The notes beneath the pieces were generated by a model, which did not search any database, was not told the DNA's origin, and saw only the letters and a list, made by a program, of their open reading frames with translations. Below are positions 54,430 through 64,000 of a DNA stretch of 64,000 nucleotides, piece by piece. The position numbers were made by a program, and so were the translations under genes. How positions within the stretch are numbered: the stretch's first letter is position 1; each line of letters starts with the position of its first letter. Origin of the DNA: Dudresnaya verticillata (lineage: Eukaryota); NCBI GenBank assembly GCA_977862235.1, contig OZ374566.1:124001-188000 (forward strand), given 5' to 3'.

Positions 54430-55410
54430 CTACGATACATCCGAGTCCCTATCCTCGGCAGCGCCCTTAACTCTAGCACGCGCCACGAGCGCGCCATGAT
54501 CCCCATGGATCGGGACACGTTGATAACCTGAAACATTATTGCCGATAGCACTCCTGATAGAACTGGTGCTGGCAGCCAGGGCGGGCGAGTCGGTACTGGC
54601 AACGGACCCGGCGAAGCGGCGACGCCAGAAACTAGTACAGGTCAAAATGACACAGCCGATGGCCGGGAAAGTGCCCGGCGCAACCAGAATGAAGACGAAG
54701 AGCCATTCGATGACCTCGATGAAGCCGCCCTTCATGAAACGGCTGCTGTGCGCGCGCGCCTCTGCGATCATCTCACTGGCTGTCATGGCCGACGTGCGGC
54801 CACCCGAAGCGTCGGCATCCTCGTCCAGACCAGCGGCGCCCTTCCCATCGCCCTTGCCAGCGTCATCGCCGCCTTTCCCGAAAACCTTCTCCTCCTCCCC
54901 GGCTTTCGCGGCATCAGTGCCGTCGCTCCCCCCATCAGATCGCTTCTCCTCGTCGGACTTGCCACCCTGGCCCTTGGCAGCCCCGTCACCGCGGCCGCCG
55001 TCGTCGGCCCTCTTCCCATTCCCACCCGCGTCCTTTTCGACGTCCTTGTTACGCTCCGGATCCTTCGCTTTCCCACTACCTCCTCCGTCCTTGCCAGCGC
55101 CTTTCCCGGCATCTCCACCAGCTTGTGTATCTTTTCTTCCATCATCAGCGTTTTGCACTCTGTTCGCGGTCTCTTTCCCGCCCTTCGCACGGGTAGCGTC
55201 GCCGCCACCACCTCCACCAGCTCTAACAACGACGACGCCGATCGCCCGCGGCGGCCGTTCACGGCGGCCTGGCAGCAGCGGCGTCGGCGCGGCTTGCGCG
55301 ACATGGCATGGGGGCGGCAGCAGCGCGAGCAGAAGCGCAAGCCACAGCAGTAGCAGCGGCGGCGGGACAAGGGTGGCGACGCGGCGGCTCGCGGCCAGCA
55401 GGGTGGCCAT
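54430..55410 (-). CDS. Hypothetical membrane protein with a Gly/Lys/Asp-rich region
   Basis: Signal-like LLLLWLALLLALL, a charged low-complexity region, and a C-terminal hydrophobic segment followed by RRR. Confidence 0.7.
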   Translation of the reverse strand: MATLLAASRRVATLVPPPLLLLWLALLLALLPPPCHVAQAAPTPLLPGRRERPPRAIGVVVVRAGGGGGGDATRAKGGKETANRVQNADDGRKDTQAGGDAGKGAGKDGGGSGKAKDPERNKDVEKDAGGNGKRADDGGRGDGAAKGQGGKSDEEKRSDGGSDGTDAAKAGEEEKVFGKGGDDAGKGDGKGAAGLDEDADASGGRTSAMTASEMIAEARAHSSRFMKGGFIEVIEWLFVFILVAPGTFPAIGCVILTCTSFWRRRFAGSVASTDSPALAASTSSIRSAIGNNVSGYQRVPIHGDHGALVARARVKGAAEDRDSDVS

Positions 55411-55997
55411 GCCTCGCGCGCGCGCTCGGGCGCGCGCGGCGGAGAGCGAGACGCGGACGCACACGGAAGCGCGGCGGGCACGGCGTGGCGCCGGAGCGCG
55501 ACGGCGCGGAGGGGAACGAGGCCGCGCGCGCGCGGCAGGGGGCGCTTCAGCGAGGGTCAGGTGGCAGGCGGCCGGCGCGTGCCTCTCGCTCTCAGGCGCC
55601 GAGCGGGAAGAAGGAGGCTGTTGCGGAAGAGGCGCTTTCGCCCGCGCGCGCGCCGTTTTTGGACGCGATTTTGGACGGACGGCGCTGACGCTGAGCGCCT
55701 CCTGAGGTTGTGTCTCACACACACGCAACCGCGCGCGCGCACGCGGAGAACGCCGCTCGCCGCTATCGTCGTGCTGCAGCGCGGCCCACTGCTCTGATGT
55801 GCGCGACGTTTTGGTGGCAAGCGACGCGTTGCGCCGCGCCGTCGTCGACGGCGGCGCCGCGCGCGCGCGTCCGGTCTTGTAGCGCGCGGCCGCACCGGCT
55901 TTAACAGCTATAGGTGACGTGAGCCGCGACCTTGTCGACGGCGCCGGCTCGCCGCGGGCGCCCATCGCCCTGCCCTTCTTGTCTGCCGTCAGCGCCG

Positions 55998-57448
55998 TCA
56001 CAGCACCGGTCGCTCCGCCTCCGCGACCTTCTCCCGCCTCGCACGCCTCCCCCTCCCCTCCCGTTGTGACTCCGCCGCCGCCGCCGCCGCCCGACCATCC
56101 CGTCCCTCCTCAAGCCGCGGCAGCACGTCGTACACCAGCGCGCGGCAGTCGACATTCCCGATCCGCACCGGTACCTTTTGCCGCGCCCGCATCCGAACCC
56201 CGCGACTAACGGCCTTATCGCCGCAGAGCAGCACCGCCACACCGCCGCAAGCCCACTGCCTGAGAAAACTCCCCAGCGCAGTCCAAGCCGCCTCCTCCCC
56301 ATGAATGCGCCTCCCCCACGGCGGGTTGCAAACCACAACAACCTTGCCACCCCGCCCAGTCCCCATCCCAGACTCCGTCTCCGTCCCCGTCTCCATCCCG
56401 AGCTCCAACTCGGCCACATCGCCGTGCACCAGCCGAATCAGCCCATCCAACCGTGTCCGCGCCACATCCCGCTGCGCGAGCCGCAGCGCCCCGCCGTGCA
56501 CGTCGTTGCCGACAAACAGCGCGCGTGCCTCCTCATCGCCACGCTGCAGCGCCACCGCCTCCGCCACAATGGCCTCATACTCTGCGCGCTCAAAGTCCCC
56601 CCACCCCTCAAACGCGAAGCGCGACCGGTACAGCCCAACCGCTACGCGCAACCGCAGCAGTGCCGCCTCAATCAGCAGCGTGGCCGACCCACACATCGGG
56701 TCCACCACAACCACCTCCTCTTCCAAGTCATGACGGTCGCCATCCCCAAAGCCGCCATCCGGGCGGAAGCCCGCCACGTACAGCATGCCGGCGGCAACCG
56801 CCTCGTTCAGACTGGACCGGTGCAACGCACCATCCGCACGGTACCCGCGCTTGTGCAGCGACGCGCCGGCCATGTCGCGGTACACGGTGACACGCGTGCC
56901 GTGCACCGCAACAAACACCGGGACGTCCGCCGCCGCGTGCGACTCGGGCTTCCCAGGCTTTTCCGCGCCCGCGTCGCGCATCGCGTCGCACACAGCGTTC
57001 TTCACCAAAACCTGGACCGTGTGCTCGCCGGGCACGCGCACGGCGCCGCGTCCCCTCGCCCACGCGTCGCCGTCCGACACACGCGCTTGCACACTAAACG
57101 ACTTGCCGCCGTCGGCCAGGATGGCGGGCCAGTCCGCGGCGTCCTTGACAAAGTGGTAGATCTCGTCGGCGAGGTCGGCGCCGTGGCGTTCCGCCGCGTT
57201 CAGCTCCGCGGACGCCAGCTCCAACAGCACGCGCATGGCCACGCGCAGCCACAGACAGGCGCGGTAGCCCGTGACGTGGCCGGGCGCGGACGCGGCGAAG
57301 CGGACGCCGGACGCGGCGACGTCCAGCACGCGCGCGCACACGGGCGCGGCCGCGACCTCCGCGGCCAGCACGTGGCCCAGGCCGCGCGCGCACGTCGCAA
57401 AGTAGACGTCGCGCGCGGGCGCGGCGCGCGCGGCGGGTGAGGCGGGGC

Positions 57449-57480
<32 letters not shown>

Positions 57481-57668
57481 AGGCGCGCGCGTGCGTGCGT
57501 GGCAGCGGCGCGGCGCGCGCGGCGCGGCGGAATGGGGCTGCGGCGCGGCGACGAGCGGGAACGACCGCGCGCGCGCGCGGCAGGCGGCGCGTGCGGGCGC
57601 AGAGGTAGGGGCGACGGGGGCAGGAAGGCTGCGGCCGGCGCGGCGCGCGGGGGAGGGGCGGGGGACAT
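55998..57668 (-). CDS. THUMP-domain RNA m2G methyltransferase (RlmL/YpsC-like), organelle-targeted
   Basis: YFATCARGL..LAAEV, SLHKRGYR, LNEAVAAG, DPMCGSAT and CNPPWG, with a transit-like N-terminus. Confidence 0.9.
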
Positions 57669-58857
57669 CGCACGTGGCGCGGTGGTTGCGGGCGGCGTGG
57701 CGGAGGGACGGGGACGGGGACGGGGACGGGGACGCGGTGCGACGGGGAGATGTGCGATTGAAGCGGTGGTCGCTTTGTGTTGTTTGGTCTCAAAAATTGC
57801 AACTTTATGAGAGTTGTGGTTTAGACAGCGAGAATGATTTGGCTCGGCCGAAAGGCTGCTTCTCATATTAGTTAGGAGCGGCGTGCAGATAGAAAGGTTG
57901 TCAAGGAGGGACGGGTTGAAGGCGGCAACAAAGGCATTGGCAGGTGGCGCTATGCGTTGAAGCGTTTTCTTTGCTACGCGGCATCCCCTGCAGGACAGGT
58001 CTGGTACAGGGCTGAAGGAAAGCTGCCAAGGCGGAGTGTGTGTTGTGTGGAGTGGTGTGCTTGTCTGGGTCTGCAGGTGAGGCGCCCTGGTAGCCCTAGG
58101 GTCTCTCTTCCTCTAGCTAGGGTGAGAGATGTGGCATGAAGGAGGGCGGGCGGGAGATGCGGTGGACAGTCGTTGTGGAAGTGAGATAGTTGTTTTCGCG
58201 CTCGGTGCGATACTTGGATGCTCCTAGGTAGCTACGGTAGGCGGCGTTTACGGCGGGGTTGTTTTCTGTTTCCGCGGCGGCGGTGTCGTAGACAGTGGTT
58301 CCATTTCCATTATATGCAAGGGATGGGGTGTCGTTGGCGGCGGTGAGTGCAGCGAAGGGTGCTGCTTGGTGTTGCTGCAGTGGTCAGGTGTGAAGGGCGG
58401 AGGACAGACCGGTGCACCGTATCAAAGTTGTAGTGACTGAGATTGATTGCGGCAGCATCTGAAAAAGATGGTACGCTGTGACGCGGCGCGGCGGTGCGCG
58501 CCAAATGGCTTTTCGAAAGGCGCACATTGTGCGGTCCGAGGCGGAGCGTGAGAAACAGAAAGATTCATATTCAGCGCATCTCAAACACGATGCAGCGGCG
58601 CCGGCGTGTTCCAATGCTACGGCGGAAGACACTCGCGCTCGAGTGGTGTGCACGTCTCTCATCGGCGCGGTCCGCGTCGCGCGGTGCAGCGAGCAGCGCG
58701 CGCTACAACAGGCTGCACGACAAGTCGCACATTGTGGCCGGGCATTGAGCGGTGTAAACGCGGTGCACAAGCGCGACTAGTCAACCGTAGCGCCAATGCT
58801 CGACCGCGCGGCGCAGCGTGTGACAGCGTGCACCAGTGTTGTGGACTGGTTGTAAGC

Positions 58858-58910
58858 GGATGATGGACGGCTGGATGGACGGCTGGATGGCTGGCTGGAT
58901 GGATGGATGG
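58858..58910. repeat. (GGAT/GGCT)n tetranucleotide microsatellite
   Basis: Read directly from the sequence. Confidence 0.85.
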
Positions 58911-59557
58911 GCGCGGCGTTTTGTCCTCCGCTGGCGACTGCCCGATGCCCGTGGCATCAAACGCCGATGTAATTGCCACAGCGTGTGTGTGATTACACTT
59001 TATCCCTCTGGCGCGTTCAGCAAAAGCAAAGCGGGAGCGCGCGCGCGGCTCTCAAGAGCCATGGCCGCATCGCCGCGTCGCCGCGTCGCTGCGCGCCGAA
59101 GATATTTGTGCACGCAGCGGCGCGGCGGCGGCGGCGGCGCCGAAGCGGCAACATATGCGGCGCGCGCGCGTCACCGGCGCGACGCGATGGATGGCGGCGG
59201 CGCGCACCGCGATTTTTACCGAACAGACGGCGGCGAAGAGAGGAAGCGCCGCGAGCAGCCGCGCGGCCACGGCGCGCGCGCTGCTCCCCGTCCGTTGCCG
59301 CATTCGCCGCGCGCGCGCCGTGCCGCCCCATTCCACGGCGCGTCGCCCGTCAGATATTTCCGCAACGTCCGCAGCACGCCGCCCACCACCACCATCGCTC
59401 TTCTGCCCCGCGCCGCGCCCTCTTAAGTCCGCCCGCCGCCCGTCCCTCCCCCACCCCCCGCCCGTCCCTTCGCCTGCGCCGCAACAGACAACCGCCCCCC
59501 ACCCAACACAACAACCCACCTCCGCAGCGCCACATCCAACACAGCACCACAAACGAA

Positions 59558-61939
59558 ATGGTCGCCCCCTGCAAGCCGCCGCGCTCGCCGTCGCCCAACG
59601 CGCCGCCCGCGCACCCGCGCCGCCCTCCGCGCCCGCCGTCGTACGGCTCTCTATCCGCAACCCAACATGCAACCGCAACCGCAACCGTCGTCGCCCCGCT
59701 TCTGCCAACCCCGCCCGCGCCCGCCTTCTCGCCCCAGCCCGCAAAGCCGCGCCCGGTCGGCCCGCTCGCACGCGTCCCGTCCAACCCCTCCTTCGTCCCG
59801 TCCTTCGTCATCGACCTAGACGCAGTCGCCACCCGCGTCAGCGAGCGCGTCGGCGCTGTACATACCGCGCAGGACCTGCTGAACAGCCTCGAGCCCCCGT
59901 CCGCCCCACCACCTACCACCACCACCACCACTTCCGCAACCACCTCCACTACTACCCCACGTCCCGAGTCCCACCACCACCACCACCACCACCATCCATT
60001 CTCCTACCCGCCCGAGCGCGTCCTCCGCTCCTCGGACGACCTATGGGAGTCCAAGTACCCCTACACCCCGCCCACAGCCGCTGCCGCACATCCCCCACAT
60101 CTCACCCCGCCCTATCAAACCCCGCTCGAGGTCGTCGTCGCCCGCGAGGATGCCTCCATGTTCTCCGACGAGGCCCTGGTCCTCAAGATTCGCTCGCATG
60201 ACCACCATCCCGTACCAGACCATCAACGACCATCCTTTCACCACCACCAAAACCCGCACTCAATTCCAACTTTGCACCGTCCGCACCCGCACACCACCGA
60301 ACACCCCGACCATTCAGGCTTTGCAATTAACATTCCCGTCACCAAAGACACGCATCACCATCACCACAATTCCGACCCGTTCGACGATGACGGGCCCTCC
60401 TCGTGGGACCGTGACTCCGCCTTTGACGCATACGACAGGTATTATCCCGATGAGGAAGACCCATTGCTGTTTCCCGACGACACTGGCTTGAATATGTCCT
60501 ACAAGAGCAGCTCCATTCCAACTGGCGGCCAGGCATTTGTCCAGCGCTACGGCGCACGCAATATCGCCGCGGAACAGGAGGTCTTGTTTGCCGTTAATGC
60601 TGACAAGCTCGGCAATGGAACCACCGGCCTCTTCCTCCCCGTCATGGACTCCAAGGATGACTTGAAACAACTCATGTTTATTCATCCCCCGGAAAATAAC
60701 AACACCAATCCAACCCTTCCAGATGAGGAAGACCCCCTTTTGGACACTCACCAAGATGATCCTTATCATCATCATCAACCCACTGCAACTGCAGCTACAT
60801 CCACCGCAACAACCGCTGAGGGAGCCAGAGAATATGTTGAAAGCTTCACAAATATCATTCCCTCGATTGTGGATATCGAGTCAAAGCTTGAGGTCCACGG
60901 AACGGCAAAGAATGCCACAGTTGCAATCAATGTTACAAAGCAAGTCTCTTGGGTTGGATACATCGTCCTGGCTATCGCCCTCGCCTCAGTGGCAAGCCAG
61001 GGAACCGCAGTCAAGTGGCTGCCAAGTGTCGACGGCCTGGTTGCTGCCACCTGGCTCATGCAGACCCAAACCCTTCTCATGCTTCCTTTTGCCATCTTCC
61101 AATGCTGCACTCTAAATGCCGACGAGCAGGCACAGATTCAAAAAACAGACACTTGGAGATTGATAATTCTCGCGAGCCTTGCACAGGTTTGTTGGGTATC
61201 TGGCTTTTTCGTCGCCATAGACCATACCTCCCTTTTTCATGCATGGTCGCTCAACAATGTCCACGCTCTCCTCATCGTCGTCTTTGCTGTAACGCGGAAA
61301 ACCTGCCTTCGAGAAAAGAGTGTTCGTATTTCCGGCGGAGAAGTCACTGGGGCAAGAATTGCTCTTATTGGCGTGGTCGTCATGCAGCTTCCAGCCTTGT
61401 TTCAAGGCGACAATGAGATTATTGCCGGTGATGCCGTTGCCATTCTCGGATCCTTGGGCGCCATTGCCTTTCTGAACCTGTGCAAAACCTTGAGGAACCG
61501 CGTCCCCTTGTTCTTGATGATGACACCGATTACGGCTCTCAACGCCGCGTGCCTGTCGGTAGGGTCAATGGTCATCAACGGAACCGACTTTTCGGTCACC
61601 GACCAAGGGGCATTAGGCTGGATGCGCAGCGACCGGCTCGCTCTTGCATTGTACCTTGGAGGCGTGGTTGGCTTTTTGGGCACCGTCTGCTGTATTGCAG
61701 CACTCAAGTTTTTGCCATCAGTCGTCGTGGGAAGTGTGCAGACCATGATGCCAGTTGCTGGTACGCTCGTTGCAGTTATAGCAGGAGTTGATACCCTACC
61801 AGACTTTTGGTCGACAGTGGGAGGACTCGTGCTCCTCTACGGGGTATTGATCATTGCTGATGCAACACGGCAAACCGAGGATGTTGTTGTCGTCAATGAG
61901 CTCATTTCCGAGGTCGGTGCAGTCAATGCTGTCAAGTAG
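59558..61939 (+). CDS. EamA/DMT-family transporter with a long His/Pro-rich N-terminal extension
   Basis: C-terminal ~10-TM region (AIDHTSLFHA, GDAVAILGS, ALKFLPSVVV..P) and an ~460-aa disordered N-terminus with poly-His. Confidence 0.85.
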   Translation: MVAPCKPPRSPSPNAPPAHPRRPPRPPSYGSLSATQHATATATVVAPLLPTPPAPAFSPQPAKPRPVGPLARVPSNPSFVPSFVIDLDAVATRVSERVGAVHTAQDLLNSLEPPSAPPPTTTTTTSATTSTTTPRPESHHHHHHHHPFSYPPERVLRSSDDLWESKYPYTPPTAAAAHPPHLTPPYQTPLEVVVAREDASMFSDEALVLKIRSHDHHPVPDHQRPSFHHHQNPHSIPTLHRPHPHTTEHPDHSGFAINIPVTKDTHHHHHNSDPFDDDGPSSWDRDSAFDAYDRYYPDEEDPLLFPDDTGLNMSYKSSSIPTGGQAFVQRYGARNIAAEQEVLFAVNADKLGNGTTGLFLPVMDSKDDLKQLMFIHPPENNNTNPTLPDEEDPLLDTHQDDPYHHHQPTATAATSTATTAEGAREYVESFTNIIPSIVDIESKLEVHGTAKNATVAINVTKQVSWVGYIVLAIALASVASQGTAVKWLPSVDGLVAATWLMQTQTLLMLPFAIFQCCTLNADEQAQIQKTDTWRLIILASLAQVCWVSGFFVAIDHTSLFHAWSLNNVHALLIVVFAVTRKTCLREKSVRISGGEVTGARIALIGVVVMQLPALFQGDNEIIAGDAVAILGSLGAIAFLNLCKTLRNRVPLFLMMTPITALNAACLSVGSMVINGTDFSVTDQGALGWMRSDRLALALYLGGVVGFLGTVCCIAALKFLPSVVVGSVQTMMPVAGTLVAVIAGVDTLPDFWSTVGGLVLLYGVLIIADATRQTEDVVVVNELISEVGAVNAVK

Positions 61940-62368
61940 GAAGGTAGATGTGTGCGTATGTAAGATAGCCAAAGCATGTGTCGGGGGATAGGTAGATGTA
62001 GGCACCCCCGAGCAGGCACCCCCGAGCAGGCAAAACTAGAAGGTCCAAGCAAGGCCACTGTACAGTATTGCTAAGAGCCTTTCTAAATCTAACAGCATAT
62101 CAGCACGACGCACCTGCTGCTGAAAGACCGAACAACAATGCCGGAGCGATATAATGCACACACATTATGTGCGCCACGGTCGATTCCCAGGACCTCTGGT
62201 GCCACTCCTGCCTGAGAGTCATACCAATAGCTATGGGACGTCCATCGATAACGTTCAGCCCTTCAACATACAATGCAATGTTGCCTGTTTTCTTATCCAC
62301 AACAGCAACGCTCTGTCCTGGTTGCCATCGATGTCACAAGACGCAAAAACTGGAAAGAAACGAGGGTA

Positions 62369-63607
62369 CTAGGCTCTGGATCTGTTAGCTAAGGCGCGAA
62401 GGTCAACTGGGTTCATCCGGGCGCTTCCAGTTGGCATAGACCCCGGCTGCATAGAAGCAGCTGTCCTTCCTGCAGTCGCAGCAGCATCACCGCTCGAGGG
62501 GGCCGGAGCTGAGGCACCAGATGCCGCCACTTTCCCAGTGGACGCGGCACCTGCGGCTGCAGCGGCACTCGCCTGAGTATTTTGTACCGCCTGGCTCGAC
62601 TGCGGGACACGCACGGTTGGCTGCCCTGCATACGAAGAATTGCTACGCAGAGGAATGGACCCACGCGAAAAGCGTGGTGGGCCCTGCCCTTCAAACGGGT
62701 AAATACACGAGGGAAGGAAGATACCACGCGAAGCATCAAAGGCCAGACGGCGCTCCTCGGTCTTTGGAGTGAAAAGGGTCTTGTGCCGCGCAAGCCACTT
62801 TCCAAGCGCCAGAAACGCTTCCTCACCAGTGTCCTCACGCGCCATGAAGTAACGCACGGCGGTGTTGGCACGTTCTGTTATGACCTTGAAGACGGCGTAA
62901 CGACTGCATGCCCAGCGACCCGCATTGGTCTCATCTACGCCAAAGATGGCAATATGCTCGGGAACGACGTATGTGGCGGAGGTGCCATCCGGGAGCGGCT
63001 TTGCGCCGGGTGGGGCGTCAACGTCCTTAAACCAGACAAAGGCGCGGAAGACGTTGGGGCACTGAAAAATAACGCCTCCATCGGACGGATTGCGCAAGAC
63101 AGCCAAGCCGGTCTCCTTGTGAACCTTTCCAAAAGTGGCGGTAAGTGCATCTGAGCGCAGCGGGGTGGCGGTGGGTTTTCCGGCGGACGACAAGAACAAC
63201 CTACGGCGCTTCGCGTCGCTTTCCTTTGCATCACTAGGCTTTTCTGTAGCGGGCTTGCGGTCTTTGGGGTCTTTGGGGTTGGCGCGGGCGAGGAGGACGT
63301 CGTCCGACTCGATGCCGGGCAGCAGGACGGAAAGAGCGCGCTTGGCGCGCTGTGCGGGCGGGACGGAGGCGGTGGGACGCGGCGGGACGCGGCTGACGTT
63401 CTTGATGCGCTTGACGGTGTTCTCCGCCTTCTCGACCAGGGCCTCGGCCTTCTGCGTGTGCTTGGCCAAGCTATGCGCAATGTTTTGGTCGATCGGCGCG
63501 TCGCTGCGCATCAGCTGCTTGACGTGCTGCTTGAGCCCGTTGACATCTTGGCGCGCGCGCTCGACTGCGGCCATTGTTTTGGCGGCGGGCGTTTGCGAGT
63601 GCGACAT
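62369..63607 (-). CDS. MED27: Mediator subunit 27-like protein
   Basis: N-terminal coiled coil and VFRAFV...IAIFGVDE...SRYAVFKVITERA...WLARHKTLFT...LP. Confidence 0.65.
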   Translation of the reverse strand: MSHSQTPAAKTMAAVERARQDVNGLKQHVKQLMRSDAPIDQNIAHSLAKHTQKAEALVEKAENTVKRIKNVSRVPPRPTASVPPAQRAKRALSVLLPGIESDDVLLARANPKDPKDRKPATEKPSDAKESDAKRRRLFLSSAGKPTATPLRSDALTATFGKVHKETGLAVLRNPSDGGVIFQCPNVFRAFVWFKDVDAPPGAKPLPDGTSATYVVPEHIAIFGVDETNAGRWACSRYAVFKVITERANTAVRYFMAREDTGEEAFLALGKWLARHKTLFTPKTEERRLAFDASRGIFLPSCIYPFEGQGPPRFSRGSIPLRSNSSYAGQPTVRVPQSSQAVQNTQASAAAAAGAASTGKVAASGASAPAPSSGDAAATAGRTAASMQPGSMPTGSARMNPVDLRALANRSRA

Positions 63608-63881
63608 TTTGCGGTGGCGGGCAGGGGGGGCGGAGGATTAAGCTGGGCGAAGACTACGCGGGTGAATGGGGGTGGGGGGCGGGAAGAAGGGCGCTGACAT
63701 GGAGCGTGAAAGTCGTGTCTGTGCACGAAACGAAATAGACTTCAAAAGTAGGAAAAGGGACGATTCTCTGATTCTTCTCAAAAATGATTCGCGCAATTTA
63801 GAAAACATTTGTTTGGTACAGTACAGCTTTGCACTCGCCATAGTAATTCGGGCCCTTTGGTACAATGATTGCGCTTCCCCT

Positions 63882-64000
63882 TTAGGCCGCTGCCGCCGCC
63901 TTCAACCGGCGCTCGGCCTCAACCTGCTCGTACGACTTCTTCTTCAGCAGCGGCGCAAGCAGCACGGCCACGACGCCGCAGCACCCGAGCAGCAGCGCGA
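63882..64000 (-). CDS. 3' end of a membrane-protein gene (partial)
   Basis: ALLLGCCGVVAVLLAPLLKKKSYEQVEAERRLKAAAAA* runs off the window edge. Confidence 0.6.
   Translation of the reverse strand, partial: ALLLGCCGVVAVLLAPLLKKKSYEQVEAERRLKAAAAA

Noticed and set aside
37555..59949. Many long Arg/Ala/Pro/Gly-rich overlapping ORFs (e.g. 41374..42906, 46955..48511, 56178..57440) and 5' extensions of real ORFs
   Set aside because: Shadow frames caused by high GC and stop-codon scarcity, overlapping better-supported genes.
62000..62031. 14-bp tandem duplication AGGCACCCCCGAGC
   Set aside because: Ordinary slippage in a 3' UTR, like the poly-C at ~51943-51964 and the hexamer runs at ~48275 and ~57705.

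Overview
Eukaryotic, intron-poor, gene-dense nuclear DNA. It is most likely from a red alga (inference from MAFVA-type plastid transit peptides, short GT-AG introns, a Hog/Hint-domain protein and the style of the retrotransposon gag). The window has three zones. (1) About 1-18 kb is a nest of decayed LTR-retrotransposon sequence. It holds a minus-strand Ty3/Gypsy chromodomain element (gag, -1 frameshift signal, protease, RT, RNase H, integrase split by a 773-bp solo LTR, chromodomain) and a second, unrelated gag 5' fragment with an LTR-like end. It also holds two head-to-head, mutually homologous copies of an unrecognised ~750-850-codon accessory ORF, one lying antisense to gag-pol. (2) About 18.3-34.3 kb is a lower-GC accessory zone: a CK1-like kinase pseudogene, an active trypsin, a catalytically dead trypsin fused to a Hedgehog-type Hint domain, an orphan ORF, and a TIR/HET-like protein with four identical in-frame 354-bp repeats. 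(3) About 34.4-64 kb is mostly housekeeping genes: thylakoid TPR protein, beta-propeller membrane protein, two EamA/DMT transporters, plastid rubredoxin-domain protein, fucosyltransferase-like protein, thiolase, PNKP, EMC7-like, FAM173-like methyltransferase, RanGAP-like LRR protein with a C-terminal TM, THUMP/RlmL-like methyltransferase and MED27-like. All family calls come from motif recognition by eye; no database search was run.
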